NCBI GenBank assembly: GCA_963797055.1
Contig: CAWCOD010000006.1
Span: 573,642-637,641, forward strand
Origin: an uncultured Holophagae bacterium
GTDB lineage: Bacteria > Acidobacteriota > Thermoanaerobaculia > Thermoanaerobaculales > Sulfomarinibacteraceae
Length of the DNA: 64,000 nt
Reading direction: 5' to 3'
The translations under genes and the position numbers were made by a program. Below the pieces are notes generated by a model that had not been told where the DNA came from, searched no databases, and saw only the letters and a list, made by a program, of their open reading frames with translations. This document shows positions 40,941-50,996 of the stretch, one piece after another (position 1 is the first letter of the stretch; each line of letters opens with the position of its first letter).

Positions 40941-41497
40941 CCTACGAACGACCCAACACCGACGCCACCGGCGATCTCTACGGTTATCTGGTGTCATTCG
41001 ATAACGTTGATCAGTTGCTCGCTGGAGCCGAAACGGTGCGGGACGCCGGCTACAAGGAGTGGGACACCCACACGCCATTCGTGGTCCACGGGTTGGACGC
41101 CGCAATGGGTGTTCCGCCGACGATTCTGCCGTACATCGTGTTTCTCGGCGGCCTCACCGGTATGATGTGCGGACTGCTGCTGCAGTGGTACACCAACGCC
41201 TTTGACTACCCGTTCCTCATCTCGGGCAAGCCCATATTCAGCCTACCGGCAAACATCCCGGTGGCCTTCGAGACCACGATTCTGTTCGCAGCCATCAGTG
41301 CCTTGGTGGGGATGCTCGCCCTCAATAATCTGCCCCAGCTCTACCACCCCCTGCACTCGAGCCGAATGTTCAAAAAAGTCACCGACAATCGTTTCATGAT
41401 CAGCATCGAGGCGCGCGATCCACTCTTTGATCGCACAACCACGCGACAACTGCTGGAGGGCCTCGGTGGGTCAGAGGTCGAGGAGGTGGTGGGGTGA
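40937..41497 (+). CDS. actD: ACIII subunit ActD (DUF3341-like)
   Basis: [25 protein letters not shown]... plus C-terminal TM helices. GTGA start/stop overlap with actC. Confidence 0.85.
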   Translation: MTYERPNTDATGDLYGYLVSFDNVDQLLAGAETVRDAGYKEWDTHTPFVVHGLDAAMGVPPTILPYIVFLGGLTGMMCGLLLQWYTNAFDYPFLISGKPIFSLPANIPVAFETTILFAAISALVGMLALNNLPQLYHPLHSSRMFKKVTDNRFMISIEARDPLFDRTTTRQLLEGLGGSEVEEVVG

Positions 41498-42141
41498 AAA
41501 TGCCACGCTGGCTCTTCTATGCGGTGGTGGTGATCATCGTCCTGTCGTGGGTGCCGCTGGCGGTGATCCTGCGGGCCCGCAACACCATGTCCTCGAAACC
41601 GAGGATCCACATCATCCAGGACATGGACAATCAGCCGAAGTTCAAGACCCAGGCGCGGAATCGGCTGTTCGCCGACCGGCGCGCCATGCGGGGGGTGGTG
41701 CCAGGGACCGTGGCCCGCGGCGAGCTGGACGCCGATTCCGCATACTACTTCGGCAAGGTGGGGGAGGACTGGGTCGAGACCCTGCCGGTTCCGGTGACCA
41801 TGCAGCTCATGGAGCGCGGACGGCAGCGTTTCGAGGTCTTCTGCGCCCCGTGCCATGGTCTGGCAGGCGCCGGTGACGGCATGGTGGCGAAACGAGCCGA
41901 AGAGCTTCAGGAGGGGACCTGGACGCCTCCCGCGTCGTTCCATTCCGAACTGGTTCGCGGACGCACCGACGGCCATCTGTTCAACACGATCACGAACGGA
42001 ATCAGGAATATGCCCGCCTATGCGCCGCAGATCCCGGTCGAGGACCGCTGGGCCATCGTGGCCTACGTCCGGGCCCTGCAGCGGAGCCAGGGTGCCCCGC
42101 TCGAGGACGTGCCGGCCGACCTCAGGGCGCAGTTGAGGTGA
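41494..42141 (+). CDS. actE: ACIII subunit ActE (monoheme cytochrome c)
   Basis: Single CAPCH motif and an N-terminal TM helix. Start overlaps the actD stop. Confidence 0.85.
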   Translation: MKMPRWLFYAVVVIIVLSWVPLAVILRARNTMSSKPRIHIIQDMDNQPKFKTQARNRLFADRRAMRGVVPGTVARGELDADSAYYFGKVGEDWVETLPVPVTMQLMERGRQRFEVFCAPCHGLAGAGDGMVAKRAEELQEGTWTPPASFHSELVRGRTDGHLFNTITNGIRNMPAYAPQIPVEDRWAIVAYVRALQRSQGAPLEDVPADLRAQLR

Positions 42142-43352
42142 TGATGAAGAAGGCAGTGGACATCACGGACATCGAGCTGCGCATTGATCCGGTGCTGCCC
42201 CTGTGGCTCGGCGGCGCGGCTGTGGCGGCGGTGGTGGGAATCGGCGGTGCCCTGGCGCTGGCCATGACCACCGAACACGGATGGGACCGACTGTTGGAGA
42301 CGTATCTCATCAGCTACTCGCTGTATCTCGCGCTCACCCTCGGAGCCCTGTTTTTCGTCATGCTGCAGCACGTGACCCGGGCGGGATGGTCGGTGGTGGT
42401 CCGCCGCATCGCGGAGGCGATGGCCACCAATGTCTGGCTGATGGCCATCCTGGTGACACCGATCGTTCTCGGCATGCACCATCTGTACCATTGGTCCCAC
42501 CTCGAGGAGGCGGCCCACGACCCCATTCTCGCCGCCAAGATGGGTTTCCTCAATCCAACGTTCTTTGTGGTGCGGTTGGCGGTCTACTTCGCGATATGGG
42601 GCGTGCTCGCGTGGTATTTCTACCGGACCTCGGTGCGGCAGGATGTCACCGGAGACCCAGCCCTGACGATTAAAATGGAGCGGGTGTCCGCCTTTGGTCT
42701 GATCCTCTTTGCCCTGTCCGCGAACTTCGCGGCCTTCGACCTGCTGATGTCACTGGATCCCCATTGGTTCAGCACGATCTTCGGGGTCTATTTCTTCGCG
42801 GTCAGCGTGGTTGTGTTTTACGCTGTGATGCCTAAAACCCTGGTGGCCCTGCAATCCAAGGGTGTACTCGACGGGGCGGTGACAGTGGAGCATTACCACG
42901 ACCTCGGGAAGTTCCTCTTCGCCTTTACGGTCTTTTGGGCCTACATCGCCTTTTCCCAGTACATGTTGATCTGGTACGGCAACATCCCCGAGGAGACCGA
43001 GTGGTACCTCAAACGGCAGACCGGCGATTGGGCGTGGGTGAGTCTGGCCCTGATCATCGGCCACTTCGTGATTCCATTTCTGATGCTGATTTCGAGGTAC
43101 GTGAAACGCCGTCCGGTGCTTCTCGCAGGGGTCGGTATCTATATGGTGCTCATGACCTGGTTGGATATCTACTGGCTGGTGATGCCTGAATTCAGCCCCG
43201 GGGTGGCCCGCTTCGGCCTGATCGACATCCTGTGTTTTCTGGGCCTGACCGGTGTGTACTCGAGTGTGCTCGCGTTCACGCTCCGGCGGCATTCGTTGAT
43301 ACCCGTGGGTGATCCCAGGTTGCACGAGTCGTTGGTCTTCAAGAACTCCTAA
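42138..43352 (+). CDS. actF: ACIII subunit ActF (second NrfD-like membrane subunit)
   Basis: Polytopic membrane protein. Start overlaps the actE stop. Operon position fits. Confidence 0.85.
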   Translation: MMMKKAVDITDIELRIDPVLPLWLGGAAVAAVVGIGGALALAMTTEHGWDRLLETYLISYSLYLALTLGALFFVMLQHVTRAGWSVVVRRIAEAMATNVWLMAILVTPIVLGMHHLYHWSHLEEAAHDPILAAKMGFLNPTFFVVRLAVYFAIWGVLAWYFYRTSVRQDVTGDPALTIKMERVSAFGLILFALSANFAAFDLLMSLDPHWFSTIFGVYFFAVSVVVFYAVMPKTLVALQSKGVLDGAVTVEHYHDLGKFLFAFTVFWAYIAFSQYMLIWYGNIPEETEWYLKRQTGDWAWVSLALIIGHFVIPFLMLISRYVKRRPVLLAGVGIYMVLMTWLDIYWLVMPEFSPGVARFGLIDILCFLGLTGVYSSVLAFTLRRHSLIPVGDPRLHESLVFKNS

Positions 43353-43356
43353 TGGT

Positions 43357-43464
43357 GATTTTGAATGTTGAATTTTGAATTCTCGATTTCCACGTGCGTG
43401 CGCAACGGAGCATTGGGGTGGTTGACCGTCATTCAAAATTCAAAACTGAGAATTGAGAATTCGA
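43357..43464. repeat. Heptamer-armed hairpin element: 5 heptamers (43357-43391), 38-nt core, 5 heptamers (43430-43464)
   Basis: Arms built from GATTTTG/AATGTTG/AATTTTG/AATTCTC versus CATTCAA/AATTCAA/AACTGAG/AATTGAG/AATTCGA. Confidence 0.9.
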
Positions 43465-43471
43465 GGAAACT

Positions 43472-43753
43472 ATGAGATACGACGATCCCGATGTCCCTGC
43501 GTCCGCGATCGTAGGCATTCTCGGAGCGATTCTGCTGTTTGCGATCATCGTCGGATTACAGGGTCTGTTCTACTCCATGGAGCGCAAGGAACTGGCGCAG
43601 AAGATCGCCGACAATCCGTACGAACCGCTCAAACGCCTCGATGCGGATCAGCTCGAAATTCTCAATAGCTACGGTTGGGTCGACCAGCAGGCGCAGACCG
43701 TCCACATTCCCATTCGTCGCGCCATGGAACTCGTCGTCACTGAATCGCAATAA
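43472..43753 (+). CDS. Small single-TM protein (93 aa) downstream of actF; possible accessory ACIII subunit
   Basis: GAGG lies 5 nt upstream of the ATG. TM helix ASAIVGILGAILLFAIIVGLQGLF. No family recognised. Confidence 0.55.
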   Translation: MRYDDPDVPASAIVGILGAILLFAIIVGLQGLFYSMERKELAQKIADNPYEPLKRLDADQLEILNSYGWVDQQAQTVHIPIRRAMELVVTESQ

Positions 43754-43857
43754 TTCTCAATTCTCAGTTCTAAATTTTGAATGAACCCCTGCCCGCCCAA
43801 CATGAACCGGGTGGGTGGTGGGAATTTAGAATTGAGACTTCAAAATTGAGACTTCAC
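43752..43857. repeat. Heptamer-armed hairpin element: 5 heptamers (43752-43786), 36-nt core CCCTGCCCGCCCAACATGAACCGGGTGGGTGGTGGG, 5 heptamers (43823-43857)
   Basis: Read directly. The arms contain the stop codons of both convergent genes (43751-43753 and 43854-43856). Confidence 0.9.
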
Positions 43858-45068
43858 TCATAGCGAAGGGCGTCGATGGGATCGAGCGCCGACGCCTTGG
43901 CGGCCGGGTAGGTCCCGAAGAAAATGCCGACCAGGGCGGCGAATCCGAACCCGATGCCCACGGCCCAGAGCGGAACGTGGGCCGGAGGAAAGCCTGGGAT
44001 GGCCTTGGCTCCCAGTACGCCCAACCCCCATCCGGCCAACACGCCCACCAGACCGCCCAGCAGGGAAAGCGTGACGGCCTCGATCAGGAACTGCACCAGG
44101 ATGTCGGATTTGCGCGCGCCCACGGCCTTGCGGACGCCGATCTCGCGGGTTCGTTCTGTGACCGAAACCAGCATGATGTTCATGATGCCGATACCGCCCA
44201 CCAACAGTGCGATGCTGACCACGCCGCCGACCACGCTGGTCAGCGTACCGAGAATAGCGCCGGTGGTCTCGAGGATCTCTTCCTGAAGGACAACCCTGAA
44301 GTCGTTGCTTTTGCCGTCAGCGATCCGGTGGCGCGATCGGAGCACCTCGGTGATCTGGTCCCTGGCCAGCTCCACCTGCTCCGGGCTGTAGGCCTGGAAG
44401 TCGAGAAAAAGCCTTTTGAAGGCGTCGTGGCCGTAGAGGTCTCGGGCGGTGGTGATGGGGATCAGGACGAGATCGTCCGAATTCTGGCCGAACATCTCGC
44501 CCATCTCCTCCATGATGCCAACCACAGTGAAGCTCCCCTGACCGATGATGATCTCCGTGCCGACGGGCTCGTCGCCGATCTCCAGCTCGCGGACGATCTC
44601 GGTCCCGAGAATGCACACCGGCGCCCGGCGGTCGAGATCGAGGTCCGAGAAGAAACGACCTTGGTCCACCCAGTGGATGTTGACCTCCTGGTGGGATGCG
44701 CCCACCCCGAGCAGCGTGGTGGAGTGCTGGCGGTCTCGGTAGCGGACGCGTTCGCCGCGGAAGAAGAGGGGATTGAAATACTCGATGGCGGTGGCTCGAT
44801 CCATGATGGCGAGCCCGTCGTCATAGGTCAGGACCACCTCCTTGCCGGCCAGATCGGGATCGTTGAGGTCCTGCCGGGGCTGGACCCGGATGTAGGTGGC
44901 GCCCACGCTTGCCAGGCGATTCTCGATGACGTAGTTGAGACCCTGGACGATGGAAACCACGGCGATCACCGCCGCGACACCGATGATGATCCCCAGAGTT
45001 GTCAGGAGAGACCGCATCTTGTTACCGCGGATCGCCTGCAGCGCGATGCGGAAGTTGTCCCAGATCAT
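43854..45068 (-). CDS. ABC transporter permease, MacB/FtsX family
   Basis: N-terminal TM helix, large periplasmic domain and C-terminal FtsX-like 3-TM bundle ([13 protein letters not shown]). Confidence 0.9.
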   Translation of the reverse strand: MIWDNFRIALQAIRGNKMRSLLTTLGIIIGVAAVIAVVSIVQGLNYVIENRLASVGATYIRVQPRQDLNDPDLAGKEVVLTYDDGLAIMDRATAIEYFNPLFFRGERVRYRDRQHSTTLLGVGASHQEVNIHWVDQGRFFSDLDLDRRAPVCILGTEIVRELEIGDEPVGTEIIIGQGSFTVVGIMEEMGEMFGQNSDDLVLIPITTARDLYGHDAFKRLFLDFQAYSPEQVELARDQITEVLRSRHRIADGKSNDFRVVLQEEILETTGAILGTLTSVVGGVVSIALLVGGIGIMNIMLVSVTERTREIGVRKAVGARKSDILVQFLIEAVTLSLLGGLVGVLAGWGLGVLGAKAIPGFPPAHVPLWAVGIGFGFAALVGIFFGTYPAAKASALDPIDALRYE

Positions 45069-45763
45069 GGCTTTCGTTCTCCGGGTGTCCGTCGTTCGTC
45101 CATCACGACCCGGCCGTCGAGCAGCCGAACGGTTCGCGAGGCGTGGTCGGCGATATCCTCCTCATGGGTGACCAGGACGATGGTGTTGCCGGCCTCGTTG
45201 AGTTCGTCGAAGAGAGCCATGATCTCGTTCGACGTGCGGGAGTCGAGATTGCCGGTGGGCTCATCCGCGAGCAGGATCGATGGCCGATTCACCAGCGCCC
45301 GAGCTACCGCCACCCGTTGCCTCTGGCCCCCCGAGAGCTCGTTGGGTTGGTGTTTCGTCCGGTCTCCGAGCCCCACCTTCTCGAGGGCCTCCCGGGCCAT
45401 CTGGCGGCGTTTCCCGCTGGGCATTCGGGCGTAGATGAGGGGCAGCTCCACGTTGGCCAGAGCGCTCGCCCGGGGCAACAGGTTGAAGGTCTGAAAGACG
45501 AACCCGATCTCCCGGTTCCGGATGTGCGCGAGCTCGGAGTCGTCGAGACCCTCGACAGCCTGTCCGTTGAGGACGTAGTGGCCGGAGGTGGGTGTGTCGA
45601 GACAGCCGATGAGGTTCATTAACGTCGATTTTCCAGACCCCGAAGGCCCCATGATGGCGAGATACTCACCGGCTTCGACCTCGAGGTCGATGCCGTCCAG
45701 GGCCCGCACCTCCTGGTCGCCCATTTGGTAGATCTTGCGCAGCTCGCGGATCTCGATCAGCAT
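45065..45763 (-). CDS. ABC transporter ATP-binding protein (MacB/LolD type)
   Basis: Walker [10 protein letters not shown], signature [15 protein letters not shown], Walker [13 protein letters not shown]. Confidence 0.95.
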   Translation of the reverse strand: MLIEIRELRKIYQMGDQEVRALDGIDLEVEAGEYLAIMGPSGSGKSTLMNLIGCLDTPTSGHYVLNGQAVEGLDDSELAHIRNREIGFVFQTFNLLPRASALANVELPLIYARMPSGKRRQMAREALEKVGLGDRTKHQPNELSGGQRQRVAVARALVNRPSILLADEPTGNLDSRTSNEIMALFDELNEAGNTIVLVTHEEDIADHASRTVRLLDGRVVMDERRTPGERKP

Positions 45764-47016
45764 CAGTCGACCCTGACCTCGACCTCGGCGTCGCCTTCCT
45801 GGTCGTCATCGTTCTCGTCTTCGACTTCTTTGACCCGGACCGCCTCGCCCGCGTGGAGCTTCTTCAAAGTTCGATAGGGACCGATGATGATCTCGTCCCC
45901 CGCGCCCAAGCCATCGGTGATCTCCACGTGGAGATCATCGGCGATGCCTGTTGTGACTGCGCGAACGGCTGCCTCACCATCCTCGATGAGGTAAACCACG
46001 TCAGTTTCATCCAGACCTTCGGCTTTGGTTCCCTTTGCTTCGGTCCCGTCTTCGGCGAGCTTGCGTTTGACCACGGCTTGGATCGGAATGGTCAGGGCAT
46101 CGGGCCGGGTGGCGGTCAGAATCGCGACCTTGGCAGTCATGGCGGGACGCAGAGCGGGATCGGGGTCCTGGAGTGCGATCTTGACCCTGAATCGAATGGT
46201 GCCGAGAGAAGGGTCTTTGCGACCCGAGGTGGCGATTTCCACGACTCGGCCGGTCTGGGGTTCGTCACCGATGGCGTCCACCGTGACCTCGGCCTCCTGT
46301 CCGAGGGACACGTCCACGACGTCGACTTCGTTGACCTCCACCTCGGCCAGCAGCGTGGACATGTCGGCCACCACCATGATGACCGAACCCGGGAGGTTGG
46401 TGGAACCCGGCACCACGGTCTCGCCCTTTTCGGCGTCCAGCTGAATGACAATGCCGTCCATGGGCGACAGGATCGTCGTCCGGGCGAGGTCGTCGGTGGT
46501 CCGCTTGAGGGCGGAACGGTACTGCTCGATGGCGTGCTGCTGGGCCTCGATCTCCACCGCCGCGGTGTCCACGGCGAGTTGGGCCGCGTCGAGAGCCTCC
46601 TGGCTCACCAGCTCCTGCTGCTGAAGCTGTCGAGCGCGGCGAAGATTTCGCATGGCGTCGGCGAGTTGAACTTCGAACCGGTGCTTCGTGACTTCGGCCT
46701 GACTGACGGCCGCTCGGGCTTGATCTCGGGCCGATTCGTAGAGATCGCGCTCGATCTCGAGGAGCAGTTCACCCGCGTGGACCTCCTGCCCCTCCACGAC
46801 GGGCAGGCTGATGATCTCTCCCACCACCTTGGCGGAGATCTCGACCTTCTTTTCGGGCGTGATTTCACCTGTGGCTTTGACCCGAGCCGACAGGATCTTG
46901 GTCTCGGCCGAGCCAAGCTCGACCTCGGTGCCACGTGGTTTGGAGTCTCTCAGGCTTGCCCACACGATGACGGCGAGTACGGCGACCACGGCGATGCCGA
47001 TCAACCACTTCTTCAT
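45763..47016 (-). CDS. Periplasmic adaptor (HlyD/MacA-like membrane fusion protein)
   Basis: N-terminal TM helix, coiled-coil hairpin and beta-barrel domains. 1-nt overlap with the ATPase gene. Confidence 0.88.
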   Translation of the reverse strand: MKKWLIGIAVVAVLAVIVWASLRDSKPRGTEVELGSAETKILSARVKATGEITPEKKVEISAKVVGEIISLPVVEGQEVHAGELLLEIERDLYESARDQARAAVSQAEVTKHRFEVQLADAMRNLRRARQLQQQELVSQEALDAAQLAVDTAAVEIEAQQHAIEQYRSALKRTTDDLARTTILSPMDGIVIQLDAEKGETVVPGSTNLPGSVIMVVADMSTLLAEVEVNEVDVVDVSLGQEAEVTVDAIGDEPQTGRVVEIATSGRKDPSLGTIRFRVKIALQDPDPALRPAMTAKVAILTATRPDALTIPIQAVVKRKLAEDGTEAKGTKAEGLDETDVVYLIEDGEAAVRAVTTGIADDLHVEITDGLGAGDEIIIGPYRTLKKLHAGEAVRVKEVEDENDDDQEGDAEVEVRVD

Positions 47017-47045
47017 GGTGTCCTTCCGTGTTGAGACATCTCAGG

Positions 47046-47825
47046 CTACGAGAAGAGTTCGGGGATCATCGAAAGACCGGCCTTCAGGACGATCCAGATG
47101 CCCCACGGAATCAGTGCAGCCACCGCGGCCTGGGCAGTGGAGAGTTTGCCCACGATCTTGAATCCGATGACCAGCAGGACCACAGTCCAGATATTGAAGA
47201 TGCTCAGGGTACCGGCCGTGGCCAACAGCCAGGGCGGAGAGTCAGGGGACATGAAGGCCGCCGGGTGCGCTTTGACCACGTTGACAACCTCCTCCTGAGG
47301 AATGAGACCGGCCCTCTGAATGAGAATCATGGCCAGGATCCCGCCGACGACAGAAGGCGGCCAGTAGGCGTGGAGCGCGGTGGACAGGGTCGACATGAAA
47401 TTTATTTCCGAGCCGACGAGCTTGAGGCAGATAAGGAAGACGGCTGCCATGAGGGCCCAGGCGAGGGGGCCGATGACAATCGCAACTATCGGTCCGAATT
47501 TCGCGAACTTCTGTCGGCCGGCGACGATCTCATCGATCTGTTCGTCACCCATCTCGGCGGCGCGATCACCGAGCGCAGCGCGGATCGACGATTCGATGTC
47601 GATGTGAGGCATGATCACAACCTGGATGGCGACGCCGAGGGCAATCATGAGAATCAGCGCCAGGACCCAGGTGGGCTTGATCCGGATGTCTGCGAAGACC
47701 TCCGCCGGGGAGGTGAAGATCATCCACAGGCGCTGCACGGCGGAGTAGCGCGGCGTTGTTTCGTTCGGGAGGGGGGGGTCGCCGGGGCCCGGTTCATAGC
47801 TCGGTCGGTCCTGGTTGGTGTCCAT
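47046..47825 (-). CDS. Yip1-domain membrane protein
   Basis: Pro-rich N-terminus followed by 5 TM helices. Sits 30 nt upstream of the adaptor gene on the same strand. Confidence 0.65.
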   Translation of the reverse strand: MDTNQDRPSYEPGPGDPPLPNETTPRYSAVQRLWMIFTSPAEVFADIRIKPTWVLALILMIALGVAIQVVIMPHIDIESSIRAALGDRAAEMGDEQIDEIVAGRQKFAKFGPIVAIVIGPLAWALMAAVFLICLKLVGSEINFMSTLSTALHAYWPPSVVGGILAMILIQRAGLIPQEEVVNVVKAHPAAFMSPDSPPWLLATAGTLSIFNIWTVVLLVIGFKIVGKLSTAQAAVAALIPWGIWIVLKAGLSMIPELFS

Positions 47826-47927
47826 GTCCAGATCCTCCTTCTACACAGTACGCGTCAATATACGGATCGTTCCCACATTGGGGTCAATGGCTTCGAGTCC
47901 GCGACGGTCGACCCGTGGTGCCTCTGG

Positions 47928-48689
47928 TCAGTTCGATGGCACAAAACTCAGGTCGGCCCGGTACTCGATGACAGAGCTTTCTTGGCTCCGGATGGACTGG
48001 CCGACGGATTTTTGGATGGCCGCCGATTCGGTGGCCCCGTAGACCTCCTCCATCAGCGCCCAGAGCGGCGTGGCGGCAGGTTCGAAATCCGACCAATTCG
48101 CCCGCGGGACGGCGAGGACCATGGTCGGTCCGTCCGAGCCGTTGACCGTGCGCAGCCAGGCGAAATGTCGATCCGGGGCCTTTTCCATCACCGCAGTTCG
48201 GATCTTGGCGATGGCCTCGCGAAAGTCCTGGACGCCGGCGTAGGAGATCTCGAATCGGGTCATCTCCACGAGGGCGGGGCGGGGCAGATCTGCGGGCCAG
48301 TTGGAGAGCTGCGGTTCGAAGGTCTCCAGGCTGGAGGTCATCTTCTCCAGGTTCGGTGCAACGTGGGTGAGAATGTCGGCCCACTCCGACCGCCGCATCG
48401 ACGCGTCCCGGTCGAAGTCCGCCCAGTTGTGGCCGTGGCTTCGGATGATGTACTGGCCGAGATTCTGGCCGCTGACGACCTGCCACGTGTGCCAGGCCCA
48501 GCCGTCGCCGTTCTTGCCGTGCCACTGGAGGTGTTCACGGTAGGCGTCCTCGAACTGCAGGAACCGATCGAGCTTTACGGTCACCTGGAAGCTTTTGGAG
48601 ATCATCCCCGGATCGGCGTCCTGGGCAGCCAAAGACGGAACCAGGAGGGACAGACATGCTGTCAGGAGGAGAAAATGAGCTCTACGCAT
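47928..48689 (-). CDS. Secreted protein with an internally duplicated ~100-aa domain
   Basis: Signal peptide MRRAHFLLLTACLSLLVPSLAAQ. The two halves end ...IIRSHGHNWADFD and ...LAVPRANWSDFE. Confidence 0.6.
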   Translation of the reverse strand: MRRAHFLLLTACLSLLVPSLAAQDADPGMISKSFQVTVKLDRFLQFEDAYREHLQWHGKNGDGWAWHTWQVVSGQNLGQYIIRSHGHNWADFDRDASMRRSEWADILTHVAPNLEKMTSSLETFEPQLSNWPADLPRPALVEMTRFEISYAGVQDFREAIAKIRTAVMEKAPDRHFAWLRTVNGSDGPTMVLAVPRANWSDFEPAATPLWALMEEVYGATESAAIQKSVGQSIRSQESSVIEYRADLSFVPSN

Positions 48690-48919
48690 CAGGTGCACTC
48701 CCTTCTTTCACCACCGGGTGGGTCCCGCGGGCGGTGCCGATGTCCGAGGACACCAGGGTCCTGTGGCGGGCGGGTACGAACACCCGTGTGGTTTTTGAGA
48801 ACCGCTTTCAAAGATAACGGTTTTCGGATGAATGTCAATCCGCCGGAGGACCCCAATCCATCCTGTCCTGCGGTCGGAAACTTGCGTCAACCGTCGGTGT
48901 AGTCCACCATACGCGGCGG

Positions 48920-50377
48920 ATGCGCGTTTTACCTGCGATTGTTTTGTTGCTGTTGTTCGGCGTGGCTGGAGGCCCCGAGGTCGCGAGAGCCGGGGGTCCG
49001 GCCGACCCAGACCCGGTGGTCGAGATCGGCCGGACGCGGTGGACATCCAACAACAGCCTTCGGCTGCTGAGCGGGCCCGTGGATTCGTGGGAGGCCCGTC
49101 TGCGACTCATCGAGTCAGCAGAACATCACGTCCATATCACCACGTTCTCGTGGCACGACGACCACTATGGCCGGTTGTTTCGGGAAGCGCTGGTGGATCT
49201 GATTCGCCGTCGACGGAAAACGAACCCCGACTTCACCGTGTATTGCATGGTGGACGCCACCGCGCGGGGTATCTTCGACTTCTCATTCCGGAAGTTGCAG
49301 GAAGCCGGCGCAAAGGTCCGGTCGTACAACCCCAATTCCTGGGGCATCGGTCCGCTTTATGACTCGCGGATGCACGACAAGATGATCATCGTGGACGGCC
49401 GGCGTGCCATCGTGGGTGGGCGGAACCTCGCCGACGAGTACTACGATCCGCTCAACTGGTGGTTGGACTTCGGGGTAGAAATCGAGGGTGACGCGGTGTG
49501 GGACCTTCAGATGGTCTTTCTCAAGGGCTGGGAGACCTCGTCCTATCTGTCCAATCCCGTTCGGCTGCCGGTGGCTCCCGAAGTCCTGAGACGCCGGATC
49601 CAGACCTTCTGGACCACCGGTCGATTCCCCAACGGGCGGAGCCCGCTCGAGCCCTACATGAACGCCGAGTTCTTTCCCCCGGCGACCAACCCGGCTGGGG
49701 AGACCGAAGTGGCGGTGCTCTACGACAACCCGGTGCGTCGAAGAACGGCCGCCACCACCGAGCTGGTCATCGAGTTGGTGGAAGGGGCGACGGCGGAAAT
49801 CGATCTCATGACTCCGTTCCCGAACTTCCCCCCGGAATTGACGGATGTCCTGGCGGCGGCTGAGGCCCGAGGCGTCCGAGTCCGCCTCTTCGTCAACGGC
49901 CCGGATGCTTCGCTCCGTGGCGGTCCCTTCCTTCTCGCCGGTCTGCCATCGGTCATCGAGCTGATCGAATCGGGCGTCGACGTCTGGGCGTGGGCCGGCA
50001 ATGGCGACCTCGATCGGCTGGTGGAAGAGGTCGGCTGTGAGCCGGAGATCATGCCGCCGATGGCGTTGCACGGCAAGCTGGTGCGCATCGATGATGAGAT
50101 CACCGTCGTGCATTCCTCCAATTTCAACATCCGTTCCACCTACTACAACACCGAGGCCGGGGTGGTGGTGCGGGACAGAGAATTCAACCAAATGGTGCGT
50201 GATTTCCTGAATGGCCTGATTTCACTGCGGGACTTCGCCGTGGCATGCGGGACGGACCTCGACCCGTTGACCGTGGATCGTGTGGTCGGACGGCTCGGTC
50301 CGAGTGATGTGCCCGAGCTCCGAGCCATGCTCGGCAAGAAGCAGGGCTTCATCGATTCCATGGGGCTGTTCTGGTGA
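48920..50377 (+). CDS. Secreted phospholipase D / cardiolipin-synthase-family protein
   Basis: Two HKD motifs: HDKMIIVDGRRAIVGGRNL and HGKLVRIDDEITVVHSSNF. Signal peptide present. Confidence 0.88.
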   Translation: MRVLPAIVLLLLFGVAGGPEVARAGGPADPDPVVEIGRTRWTSNNSLRLLSGPVDSWEARLRLIESAEHHVHITTFSWHDDHYGRLFREALVDLIRRRRKTNPDFTVYCMVDATARGIFDFSFRKLQEAGAKVRSYNPNSWGIGPLYDSRMHDKMIIVDGRRAIVGGRNLADEYYDPLNWWLDFGVEIEGDAVWDLQMVFLKGWETSSYLSNPVRLPVAPEVLRRRIQTFWTTGRFPNGRSPLEPYMNAEFFPPATNPAGETEVAVLYDNPVRRRTAATTELVIELVEGATAEIDLMTPFPNFPPELTDVLAAAEARGVRVRLFVNGPDASLRGGPFLLAGLPSVIELIESGVDVWAWAGNGDLDRLVEEVGCEPEIMPPMALHGKLVRIDDEITVVHSSNFNIRSTYYNTEAGVVVRDREFNQMVRDFLNGLISLRDFAVACGTDLDPLTVDRVVGRLGPSDVPELRAMLGKKQGFIDSMGLFW

Positions 50378-50982
50378 GCCGAAGACGGGGCTGGCTGGTC
50401 GCCGCCGCACTCGTGGTGGTTCTCAACGGGATCGTGTCAGTGCCCGGGGTTCTCGCTCAGGACTCTGGCGAGATTGACGTGGACAGATGGCACGAGCAGT
50501 TCCCCTTTGAAATGGAACACCCGGTTGACTTTGAAGAGCCCCGCTGGCTGATCGGATTGTACCCGGGTGTCAGCGGCGTTTTGGGACTCCCGGATCTCGT
50601 CTCGGCCCAGGCCAATTTCTTTGTGTCACTTCGCCGCCGTCACGACTTCAGCATCTACCTCGGCTACGGACGGGAATGGGGCTCCCCGGCCGACGGCGAG
50701 ATCTTCACCCTGGGTTGGGGTGGGGTCCGCGAGGTGCCCGTGGCCAGCCGGCAGTTTGGGTTCTACGGGAAGTTCATACGTTATCGGCGATGGGACGAGA
50801 AGAACCACGGCCAACATGACGGGCTCTCCATCGGAAGCGAGTCGGGAGCAGGCTTTTTCTCGCTGACCCTGGAAGTCGGCGCCGCTCGTTCCGATAACAA
50901 TCACTGGCTGTTTGTGGCCCAGATCGCCATCAAGGTGGCACTGCCCATCGGAATTCCATTAGGCAAGCCGGGAGTGTCGTAG
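50374..50982 (+). CDS. Secreted hypothetical protein (beta-rich), translationally coupled to the PLD gene
   Basis: GTGA start/stop overlap. Signal peptide ...VSVPGVLAQD. No family recognised. Confidence 0.5.
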   Translation: MSRRRGWLVAAALVVVLNGIVSVPGVLAQDSGEIDVDRWHEQFPFEMEHPVDFEEPRWLIGLYPGVSGVLGLPDLVSAQANFFVSLRRRHDFSIYLGYGREWGSPADGEIFTLGWGGVREVPVASRQFGFYGKFIRYRRWDEKNHGQHDGLSIGSESGAGFFSLTLEVGAARSDNNHWLFVAQIAIKVALPIGIPLGKPGVS

Positions 50983-50996
50983 TTTGCACGGAAATC

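Noticed and set aside
37265-41105. Several 250-430-aa minus-strand ORFs inside actB, actC and actD
   Set aside because: These are shadow ORFs opposite genes with heme, FeS or Tat motifs and overlapping-codon operon structure.
43977-47034. 485-aa and 393-aa plus-strand ORFs opposite the ABC permease, ATPase and adaptor genes
   Set aside because: The minus-strand genes carry unmistakable Walker A/B, ABC-signature and FtsX features. The plus-strand translations are low complexity.
47028-48902. 624-aa plus-strand ORF across the Yip1 and duplicated-domain genes
   Set aside because: It is antisense to two minus-strand ORFs with signal-peptide or TM features and sensible operon context. The composition is Arg/Gly/Asp-rich and no motif is recognised.
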